Shown in pieces: positions 9,328 to 18,826 of a stretch of 56,714 nucleotides of DNA (its first letter is position 1; the number at the start of each line of letters is the position of its first letter). Position numbers and translations under genes: made by a program. The notes below the pieces were generated by a model that did not search any database, had not been told where the DNA came from, and saw nothing but the letters and a program-made list of their open reading frames with translations. This DNA is from Candidatus Magasanikiibacteriota bacterium (lineage in GTDB: Bacteria > Patescibacteriota > Patescibacteriia > Magasanikbacterales > UBA922). The stretch covers positions 1 through 56,714 of the forward strand of contig JBPOIO010000016.1 in the NCBI GenBank assembly GCA_052034405.1, in the 5' to 3' direction.

Positions 9328-10191
9328 TTATTTTGAAACTCTTGTGCAATTATTTGTATAATCACCGTTTGTAATGTAGCTTGGGCATGTATTGTTGATA
9401 TCATGCTTTGGGTAGCATATCGCTTCACCCTTGGCACTATAGAGGGTAGGAAACTCATCATGAACATAGAATGTCACGGTTCCACCATAAGTACATCTAT
9501 CTATGCGACTATCTTTTCCTGAGGTAGAAGCCAGAAGTGAGAGTGGAATTTCAACCCAGTTGTTATTTGGTGTAACTTTATTTTCGTTTGTTGTTATTTT
9601 TTCTATTGTATTTGAAATTTGGATGGTCTTGGTAGTTTCACTTATTTTTTTTGGGTTTGAAATATCAACAACAGGAGTATCGTTGATTGGATTTGCTTCT
9701 TCTATTGGTCGATCACAAGATCCTTGATGGTTAATTTTTACTCCCAAAAATTCTGCAACACAGCCATTGGTATAAGTATTGTTGTCAGTACCACAGACTG
9801 GATTGGCTACCGGGTCACAAAGACGCAGTGGAAATTTATCTCCAGGAATAGCTTCAAACATTTGAGAAATAGAATCTTCTGGGGTTGTGGTTACGATAGG
9901 ACATGTTCCTTGTAAAAATTCTATACTGTCACACTCTGTGTTCTTGTCGATGACGCAGTAGGCAATGTTTCTGTTTTGTGCTGCGACATAACGAATTTGG
10001 ATGTCATAGCCTTTTTGTGTACAAAAAAGATAGGCATCTTGCTGCGTTGTAGTATCAATGAGAACTTGCTCTGCTGTGGATGTATTCGTGGTTGTTGGAG
10101 CACTTGTTCCAAAGTTACAGCCAGCTCCAAGAAGAAGCATTGATGCGATAATCGAAGTCAAAAAATAATTTTTTTTCATAGGAGAAAACAA
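9328..10191 (-). CDS. lipoprotein with a Kazal-type protease-inhibitor-like domain
   Basis: Lipobox LLLGAGC. Kazal signature C-x7-C-G-T-D-x2-T-Y-x-N-x-C (LRLCDPVANPVCGTDNNTYTNGCVAEF...GSC). Confidence 0.65.
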   Translation of the reverse strand: MFSPMKKNYFLTSIIASMLLLGAGCNFGTSAPTTTNTSTAEQVLIDTTTQQDAYLFCTQKGYDIQIRYVAAQNRNIAYCVIDKNTECDSIEFLQGTCPIVTTTPEDSISQMFEAIPGDKFPLRLCDPVANPVCGTDNNTYTNGCVAEFLGVKINHQGSCDRPIEEANPINDTPVVDISNPKKISETTKTIQISNTIEKITTNENKVTPNNNWVEIPLSLLASTSGKDSRIDRCTYGGTVTFYVHDEFPTLYSAKGEAICYPKHDINNTCPSYITNGDYTNNCTRVSK

Positions 10192-10207
10192 TTCTTCTCT
10201 AGTATAT

Positions 10208-10237
10208 CAAAACTCGCCAGATTTGGCGAGTTTTTTT
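10208..10237. terminator. hairpin terminator downstream of rplK
   Basis: Stem CTCGCCA/TGGCGAG extended by A:T pairs, 4-nt loop, flanked by A- and T-runs. Confidence 0.6.
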
Positions 10238-10256
10238 GAAAATGGTGTGGATAATA

Positions 10257-10682
10257 TTATTCTGTAATCGTAACACCCATTTGACGAGCTGTTCCTGCAA
10301 TAATTTTCATTGCAGATTCAACGTCGTGTGCATTGAGGTCAGGCATTTTTGTAATTGCAATTTCTTTGAGTTGGGCTTTTGTAATTTTTCCAACTTTATC
10401 TTTCATTGGGTTTGCTGCGCCTTTTTCAATTTTTGCAGCTTTTTTGATGAGCTGACTTGCTGGAGCAACCTTCATGATGAAGTCAAATGATCGGTCATCG
10501 TAGATATTGATGATCACTGGCACAACATCACCTTTTTTGTCTTGTGTTTTGTCGTTGAATTCTTTACAAAATCCAGCGATATTGACTCCGTGTTGACCAA
10601 GAGCTGGTCCGATTGGAGGAGCTGGGTTTGCTGCTCCACCGATGATTTGGAGTTTCACCTGTGTTAAGATTTTTTTTGCCAT
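10257..10682 (-). CDS. rplK: 50S ribosomal protein L11
   Basis: 141 aa. [24 protein letters not shown] motif and the conserved secE-nusG-rplK order. Confidence 0.95.
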   Translation of the reverse strand: MAKKILTQVKLQIIGGAANPAPPIGPALGQHGVNIAGFCKEFNDKTQDKKGDVVPVIINIYDDRSFDFIMKVAPASQLIKKAAKIEKGAANPMKDKVGKITKAQLKEIAITKMPDLNAHDVESAMKIIAGTARQMGVTITE

Positions 10683-10824
10683 AGTATGGTGTAATATATA
10701 AATTTTTTTCGAGTGAGAAGCGCTCCAAAAGAGCCACTCGACTGATAAAAATGAAGCTATCAGTATTCAGGAATGAAGAGTTCATTCCTGGAACTAGTAA
10801 CTTGCGAAGAGAAGTATTTGAAAA

Positions 10825-11370
10825 TTATACTTTGCGTACCTGAAGGGCATCGAGTTCCACTGGAGTTTCGCGTCCAAACATGTTGACGAGAACTTTGACT
10901 TTTCCACGAGTGTCATCCACATTTGAAACTTTTCCTTCAAAGTTTTTGAATGGTCCATCAACGATTTGAACGGTATCGTCTGTTGCAAGATCAATTTTGT
11001 GAGTAGGTTCTGCCACTCCCATACGTTTTTGGAGAGCATCAACTTCTTTTTGGTCAATTGGAGTTGGAGTAGTTCCTGATCCAACGAATCCTGTTACATT
11101 TGGAGTATTGCGCACAACATACCATGAATCATCGGTCACAATCATTTCAATAAGTACGTATCCTGGAAAGATTTTTTCTTCAACCGTAGTACGTTTTCCA
11201 TTTTTGATTTTGATTTTTCTTTCTTTTGGAACAAGGACTCCAAAAATTTTGTCACCCATGTCAAAAGATTCAATACGTTGTTCAAGATTGCGTTTTACGT
11301 TTTCTTCGTAACCACTATAAGTATGAAGAACATACCAGCGGCGACCAAGATTCAAGGTTTGTTTTGCCAT
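10825..11370 (-). CDS. nusG: transcription termination/antitermination factor NusG
   Basis: 181 aa. NGN start WYVLHTYSGYE, C-terminal KOW GPFKNFEGKV. Confidence 0.95.
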   Translation of the reverse strand: MAKQTLNLGRRWYVLHTYSGYEENVKRNLEQRIESFDMGDKIFGVLVPKERKIKIKNGKRTTVEEKIFPGYVLIEMIVTDDSWYVVRNTPNVTGFVGSGTTPTPIDQKEVDALQKRMGVAEPTHKIDLATDDTVQIVDGPFKNFEGKVSNVDDTRGKVKVLVNMFGRETPVELDALQVRKV

Positions 11371-11395
11371 ATGTAAAAAAGGCTAAAGATCGAAA

Positions 11396-11587
11396 TTATT
11401 TGATGAGGAATTCAACTCCTTTACTAAAGATAAAGTCGAGAGCTCCAAGAGATACCATAAGGACAAGAGTCATGGCAATAACAAAAACACCATATTGGAT
11501 TGTTTGTTTTTTTGTTGGCCAGGTGACTTTTTTCATTTCGCCAATAGCGCCTTGAAAGTAGTCTTTGGTTCGGGTAATAACTGACAT
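11396..11587 (-). CDS. secE: preprotein translocase subunit SecE
   Basis: 63 aa, single C-terminal TM helix, KVTWPTKK motif, immediately upstream of nusG. Confidence 0.8.
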   Translation of the reverse strand: MSVITRTKDYFQGAIGEMKKVTWPTKKQTIQYGVFVIAMTLVLMVSLGALDFIFSKGVEFLIK

Positions 11588-11634
11588 ATATTTTACAAGT
11601 ATTTAAAAAAGGCCTTGGGCCAGTTCTAAAGAAA

Positions 11635-11663
11635 AGTATATACTATAAGGGTGCTTTTGTCAA
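11635..11663 (-). promoter_or_regulatory. sigma70-type promoter for secE-nusG-rplK
   Basis: On the minus strand: TTGACA (11663-11658), 17-nt spacer, TATACT (11640-11635). Confidence 0.6.
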
Positions 11664-11687
11664 GGTAGCTGTGGATAGATGCTCGGA

Positions 11688-11716
11688 TTGACAAAAATGC
11701 TAAAATAGAGTATATT
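11688..11716 (+). promoter_or_regulatory. divergent sigma70-type promoter facing the GC-rich region
   Basis: TTGACA (11688-11693), 17-nt spacer, TATATT (11711-11716). No credible CDS follows it. Confidence 0.55.
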
Positions 11717-11794
11717 TAACTGTTTTTGTACATTTAAAATATATCTTGTGGTATGCAGTGGACAAAAAGAAGTAAAATAAGCTTAATTTACTCT

Positions 11795-12187
11795 TTTTTG
11801 CCCCCTATATGCCGGACAGATCTGGCCTTTACCCTGTGGGGGGAGAGGGAAATATGTGGAAGTTGTTTGATAGGGTGCCCAATATTGTCTGGAATTTGCT
11901 TGCGGTGAGCAATATTGGGGTCTTTTTGTTGAGGGCTGTCTTTCAGAACTTTCACCACAATCTGTGGGGCCTCTGGTTCCACTGCTTCCTGGTCTTTGTC
12001 GGTATGGCAGTACTCTGCGTGGCAGATGCACGCAAGCCCAGCACCTTCTCGAACAATCGGGACGGATGACCGTTTTGGCCTACCAAAGGGTGCCCGTCCT
12101 CTTTGAGAGTTGGCACCCCCATGACGTTTGGAGGAACTTCGTGAGCTCTCATATCTCTTGGTCCCGCACACGCGACGAACGAGAGAC
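11795..12187. ncRNA. candidate structured non-coding RNA, family not identified
   Basis: Sharp local GC rise: I counted 35 G+C in 12001-12060 against 14 in 11701-11760. ORFs occur on both strands, none convincing. Clean stems at 11878-11887/11910-11919 (10 bp), 12016-12021/12029-12034 (6 bp) and 12088-12094/12112-12118 (7 bp). A promoter lies upstream and a terminator downstream on the + strand. Confidence 0.4.
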
Positions 12188-12224
12188 AAAAAAAATCCTT
12201 TGCTGTTATGCAGAGGATTTTTTT
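12188..12224. terminator. bidirectional terminator (gyrB on the minus strand, the GC-rich transcript on the plus strand)
   Basis: 9-bp stem 12195-12203/12210-12218 (one G-U), 6-nt loop, A8 before and T7 after. Confidence 0.75.
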
Positions 12225-12237
12225 ATATGTGTAATTT

Positions 12238-14418
<2,181 letters not shown>

Positions 14419-15435
14419 TTATTTTGTAAGAGTGATGGTTCGCATTTCTGAACTGTATCCAAGTCCAGTTTTTGCGTCCCAATAGATCACCCAGACTTTG
14501 ACGCTTTGGCCAACATGTCCTGTAAATGAACCAATGTTCATACTGCATGATCCTGTAGTTGGTTTATTAGCGAGGATACAACGATTGTGAAGTGCAACAT
14601 TGCTCCAAGATGGAAGGGCGCGAACTTCGACTCCCCATACACCGTTTGCATTTGTTGCTGTTCCACTCAAGTTGAATGTTTGGTTGACTCCAAGCGTTGC
14701 TGGAGTTGCTGCGAGCACAGGATTTAGGCCAACATGTGGAGTTACTTTGGCTACAACTTTTACAGGGATAATTTTGGATTTTACAATATGTCCTGCCTCG
14801 TCTGTAACAATTGCTTGGTAAAAATAGGTATTTCCAATTTCTGATGTTTTGAATGTTGGATATTCTCCAATTTTACAATCGCTTTTTTGGTTGAGACATT
14901 TTGTTGATGCATAGTAAGCATCACTGTCGAGTCTGGTAATTTTGAGGTTTGTGAGATTTACTCCATGTGCTTTTGCTTCAATGAAGACTCCTGCTGTGCC
15001 GACAGTATTGGCATAGGCACTACCAGTTTGTGTCAAAGTAACTGTTGGAACTTTTACTTCTGCTGTTACAACAGTGAAACTTTGTGTATAAGAACCATTG
15101 AGGTAGTAATAGTTGTTTGTACTATCTACTGCAAAGACAAACAAATTATGCTTTCCAATTTTTGGATTTACTACTGTTGCGGAACAGTTATTTGTAGCAG
15201 TACAAGTTTGTACGAGTGTGCTATCTGAGTAAAAATAAATATGTGCGATTTTGGCTGTTTCTGGGTAAACTTTTGCTGTAACAACAAGATTTTCACCTGC
15301 TGTAACATTCCAAGAACCGCTCTTACTCGAGAGGTCAATATATGGTCCGCCGCCAGCTTGTACTGAGGCTGAAAACGAGAAAATTGTGCCAACTACTGCC
15401 AAAGTTGAGGCAATAGCGAGAAATATTTTTTTCAT
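14419..15435 (-). CDS. secreted hypothetical protein, beta-rich with repeated Ig-like segments
   Basis: 338 aa, clear signal peptide (MKKIFLAIASTLAVVGTIFSFSASVQA), Thr/Val/Asn-rich. No catalytic motif recognised. Confidence 0.55.
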   Translation of the reverse strand: MKKIFLAIASTLAVVGTIFSFSASVQAGGGPYIDLSSKSGSWNVTAGENLVVTAKVYPETAKIAHIYFYSDSTLVQTCTATNNCSATVVNPKIGKHNLFVFAVDSTNNYYYLNGSYTQSFTVVTAEVKVPTVTLTQTGSAYANTVGTAGVFIEAKAHGVNLTNLKITRLDSDAYYASTKCLNQKSDCKIGEYPTFKTSEIGNTYFYQAIVTDEAGHIVKSKIIPVKVVAKVTPHVGLNPVLAATPATLGVNQTFNLSGTATNANGVWGVEVRALPSWSNVALHNRCILANKPTTGSCSMNIGSFTGHVGQSVKVWVIYWDAKTGLGYSSEMRTITLTK

Positions 15436-15607
15436 AGTGAATAAAATAAATAAATGAAGTACTTACTCTCTACTCTTACCCTAGGCTTTTTTGGGGTATT
15501 TGTCAATGGTATGTACATCTGTATAACGGTATTTTTTGGTGAATATTACAGTGTTTGGATTTTTGCTCATTTTGCTGTATAATAAAAGACATATTATTTG
15601 ATTTTTT

Positions 15608-16501
15608 ATGGTAGAAAAAGTTCCAACAAAACTCTCTCAGTATGTGGATCCTACGGGAGAATTTACCAACAAGGACTTGGCTCGTTCCACCTGGTTTGTG
15701 ACGCATCGTATTCTTTTGCGAAAAATTGTTATTGGAATTTTGCTCACATGGATTGTGGTTGCGGGGCTTTATTCTCTCGTAATTTTGGGAGCCTATTTGT
15801 TTTCGGGCTATTGGGCAGATCGAGATATTCGTATTCAAACAGCAAAGGAATTTCAAAATTATACCAATAGTGTGAGTAGTTATGCTGCGCAGCCGCTACA
15901 AATTTCTGGGATGAAAGTATTTCAAACAGGTGAAAATTATGATTTTTATTCTCTTGCTGTGAATCCAAATCTTCGTTTTATCGCAAGAATAAAATATAAT
16001 TATGTTTTTGAAGGTGGAGAAACTCCAAGTAAAGTAGTGACTGTTGATCCTGGTAAAAAAATTCCACTCACTGTATTTGGATTTCCGAGTGCCAGTTATC
16101 CTGCGGGGGCAAAATTACAAATTCAAGACACTCGTTGGCGTAAAATTGACCCGCATCTGATTCCAGATGTTAAGGGTTATAGCATGACACGAGACAATTT
16201 TCTTGTAGATAATGTAGTTATTGAACACAATTTGGCTGGTTCTGTCGTTCCTCCACGTATTACCTTTGACATTCAAAATAATACTGCGTATAGTTACTAC
16301 GAAGGTCGTTTTACGGTACTTTTGCTCTCTGGTGGGTCTGTTGAAGCAATTGTGCCTCTTTCTATTAAAGACTTTCGGGCTGGACAAAATTTTCCTCTGG
16401 ATATTCGACCTGTTTTTGATATCTCAAGTATCGACGACATTGAAGTAATTCCGCTTATGGATGTCTTTGATAATAGCGAATTTTTGCCGGCTCTGAAGTA
16501 G
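15608..16501 (+). CDS. membrane-anchored hypothetical protein
   Basis: 297 aa, hydrophobic segment near residues 40-65, then a soluble domain. Sits directly upstream of the SEDS gene. Confidence 0.5.
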   Translation: MVEKVPTKLSQYVDPTGEFTNKDLARSTWFVTHRILLRKIVIGILLTWIVVAGLYSLVILGAYLFSGYWADRDIRIQTAKEFQNYTNSVSSYAAQPLQISGMKVFQTGENYDFYSLAVNPNLRFIARIKYNYVFEGGETPSKVVTVDPGKKIPLTVFGFPSASYPAGAKLQIQDTRWRKIDPHLIPDVKGYSMTRDNFLVDNVVIEHNLAGSVVPPRITFDIQNNTAYSYYEGRFTVLLLSGGSVEAIVPLSIKDFRAGQNFPLDIRPVFDISSIDDIEVIPLMDVFDNSEFLPALK

Positions 16502-16514
16502 TGAATGTCGCACT

Positions 16515-17627
16515 ATGAATTTTTTTCTCTATATTTGGGGCGAGCTGAAACGCTTTGACTGGTTTTTGATTGGAATTTTGCTCGGAATTTTGGGTATTGG
16601 ACTTTCGGCTATTTATAGTATTGATCTTTCTCGCGGGGATACTTTGACCTTTTTTCCAACACAGGCTTTTGCACTTCTTTTGGGGCTTGGAGCTATTTTT
16701 GTTCTTGGAACTTTGCACGTCACTTTTTATCGATCATCTGCGCAGTTGTCGTATTATATTGCACTGCTTCTTTTGGTTTTGGTTCTTGTTTTTGGAATGA
16801 ATATTCGTGGTACCACTGGATGGTTTCGTTTTTTGGGATTTTCTTTTCAGCCAGCAGAATTTGCTAAAATTGCTTGTATATTGCTTTTGAGTTGGTGGAT
16901 TACCAAGCAGGGAAGACGATTTGACAGACTGGAGTTTGTAATTTCAAGTGGTATGGCAACCTTGCTTCTCTGTGGACTTATTTTGCTGCAGCCAGATTTG
17001 GGTTCTGCTGCGGTTATTGGGGCTATTTGGTTTGGGATGCTTGTTTTGTCAGGGGTAAAAAAACGTTATATTGGAGCCTTGCTTTTGGCTTTATTGCTTG
17101 GTGCGGTTCTGGCTTGGTTTTTTGTTTTTCAGCAGTATCAAAAAGATCGTGTATTGAACTTTTTGTATCCAGAAAAAGATCCACTTCGCTCGGGATACAA
17201 TGTTTCCCAGTCTATTATTGCTATTGGGGCCGGAAAATTTTCTGGACGGGGCTTGGGTTTTGGTTCACAAAGTCAATTGCACTTTTTGCCAGAAGCTCAA
17301 ACTGATTTTATTATTTCTGTGATTGGGGAAGAACTTGGTTTTGTGGGGATGAGTCTTGTTTTATTGCTGTATATAGCACTTTTATGGCGTTTGTTGTTTT
17401 TGTCAAAACGTACAGACAATGATTTTTCAGCATTTTTTCTTTTTGGGACAGCATTGTTGTTTTTTATTCAAATAGTTATCAATATTGGTGGGGCAACCGG
17501 AGTTTTGCCTGTGACGGGGGTAACTTTGCCATTTTTGAGCTATGGGGGCTCTTCGCTTATTATGAACTGTGCTCTTTTGGGGATAGTGCAGAGTGTGGTC
17601 CGTTCTTCTCGTAGAGTATCTTCGTGA
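16515..17627 (+). CDS. SEDS-family peptidoglycan polymerase (FtsW/RodA)
   Basis: 370 aa, polytopic. QPAEFAKI, PEAQTDFI and GVTLPFLSYGGSS motifs. Confidence 0.9.
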   Translation: MNFFLYIWGELKRFDWFLIGILLGILGIGLSAIYSIDLSRGDTLTFFPTQAFALLLGLGAIFVLGTLHVTFYRSSAQLSYYIALLLLVLVLVFGMNIRGTTGWFRFLGFSFQPAEFAKIACILLLSWWITKQGRRFDRLEFVISSGMATLLLCGLILLQPDLGSAAVIGAIWFGMLVLSGVKKRYIGALLLALLLGAVLAWFFVFQQYQKDRVLNFLYPEKDPLRSGYNVSQSIIAIGAGKFSGRGLGFGSQSQLHFLPEAQTDFIISVIGEELGFVGMSLVLLLYIALLWRLLFLSKRTDNDFSAFFLFGTALLFFIQIVINIGGATGVLPVTGVTLPFLSYGGSSLIMNCALLGIVQSVVRSSRRVSS

Positions 17628-17735
17628 TTTTTTTGCTTTATTGCCTTTTTTGAGGGGGGGTGCTATACTTTTTCTATATCTTTTCTCCCTCTTGACGAGA
17701 AGAAGATTTTTTGGTATTATCCTGACACTCCAAAT

Positions 17736-18089
17736 ATGGAGAAAAAAACCCATACTGACAAACAAAATGCTTTGTTTGATCAGCTCAAACTCATGAAAAA
17801 TTGTCCCATGTGCAAAAACGAGTATACTCGTGAAGCTGTGGAACTCGTTGAAGAGGGTGTTGGCAGTCACTTGGTTCATGTAACCTGTGGAATCTGCCAT
17901 AATGCTCTTTTGGCTTTGATTGTGGTCAGTCGTCTTGGTATGAGTTCCATTGGGATGCTTACGGATCTTGATGCACCGGATGCCAAAAGATTGTATCGCA
18001 AAACTGCGCTTGGTGAAGAATCCGTTTTGGGTTTTCATGATTATTTAAAAAAACATTCAAAGGAATTTATTCATTTATTAAAGTCTTAG
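17736..18089 (+). CDS. small zinc-ribbon-like hypothetical protein
   Basis: 117 aa. CPMC...CGIC pair followed by a hydrophobic stretch. TTGACG-17-TATTAT promoter-like sequence just upstream. Confidence 0.45.
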   Translation: MEKKTHTDKQNALFDQLKLMKNCPMCKNEYTREAVELVEEGVGSHLVHVTCGICHNALLALIVVSRLGMSSIGMLTDLDAPDAKRLYRKTALGEESVLGFHDYLKKHSKEFIHLLKS

Positions 18090-18094
18090 TTCTT

Positions 18095-18766
18095 ATGTCA
18101 TTTGCTATTGCTGGAAAAGCCCGTGTTGGCGATGCCGAAGCTGTTCGTGCTCTTGGTCTTGTCCCTGGTATTATGTATGGTGCTGGTATTACTCCAGTAC
18201 AATTTTCTGTTTCATCTGTGGAACTTGAAAAATTGTATCGAAATGTGAGTGAATCAACACTTGTAGACTTTACTGTTGAAAACATGGCTCCAGTAAAAGT
18301 TTTGCTTCAAGATTTTCAATTTGATGCAGTAAAAGGAAAAATCACTCATGTGGATTTCCGTCAGATTGATATGACAAAAGAACTTGAAGTTGATGTGGAA
18401 ATTAACTTTGTTGGTGCGGCTCCTGCGGTAAAAACTTTTGGTGGAACTTTGGTTCAACAACTCGATTCTGCTCAAGTTCGTTGTTTGCCAAAAGATTTGA
18501 TTAGTTCTGTTGAGGTAGATGTTTCTGTCTTGGCAACACTCGATGATGTTATTTCTATTTCTGATTTGAAATTTCCAGCTGGTGTAGAACCACTTGATGC
18601 TCCAGATACTGTTATTGCAAGAATTGATGCTCCTATGACAGAAGAAGAAATGAAAGCTATGGAAGAAGGAACAACAGTAGATCTTTCAAAGATTGAAGTT
18701 TCTGAAAAGAAAGGAAAGAAAGAAGAAGCTGAAGGTGAAGAGGCAAAGGATGAAGAGAAAAAATAA
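18095..18766 (+). CDS. rplY: 50S ribosomal protein L25 / general stress protein Ctc form
   Basis: 223 aa. L25 N-terminal domain (GKARVGDAEAVRALGLVPGIMYG), Ctc-type second domain, acidic/lysine tail. Confidence 0.85.
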   Translation: MSFAIAGKARVGDAEAVRALGLVPGIMYGAGITPVQFSVSSVELEKLYRNVSESTLVDFTVENMAPVKVLLQDFQFDAVKGKITHVDFRQIDMTKELEVDVEINFVGAAPAVKTFGGTLVQQLDSAQVRCLPKDLISSVEVDVSVLATLDDVISISDLKFPAGVEPLDAPDTVIARIDAPMTEEEMKAMEEGTTVDLSKIEVSEKKGKKEEAEGEEAKDEEKK

Positions 18767-18780
18767 GCTGACGATGAAAC

Positions 18781-18814
18781 AAAAAACTCCTCAAAGAAAT
18801 TTGAGGAGTTTTTT
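18781..18814. terminator. bidirectional terminator between rplY and mgtA
   Basis: 9-bp stem CTCCTCAAA/TTTGAGGAG, loop GAAA, A6 before and T6 after. Confidence 0.8.
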
Positions 18815-18826
18815 AATTTTTAAATT

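Noticed and set aside
11795-12187. Assignment of the GC-rich region to RNase P RNA, tmRNA or SRP RNA.
   Set aside because: I could not find GGAAAGUCC / ACAGAA..CGGCUUA (P4), a GGUUCGAAUCC-type T-arm with a CCA end, or a foldable GGAA-tetraloop helix 8. The partial strings ACCAGGAAGCAG, GGUGAAAG and GAGGACGGGCACC are suggestive only. The family is left unassigned.
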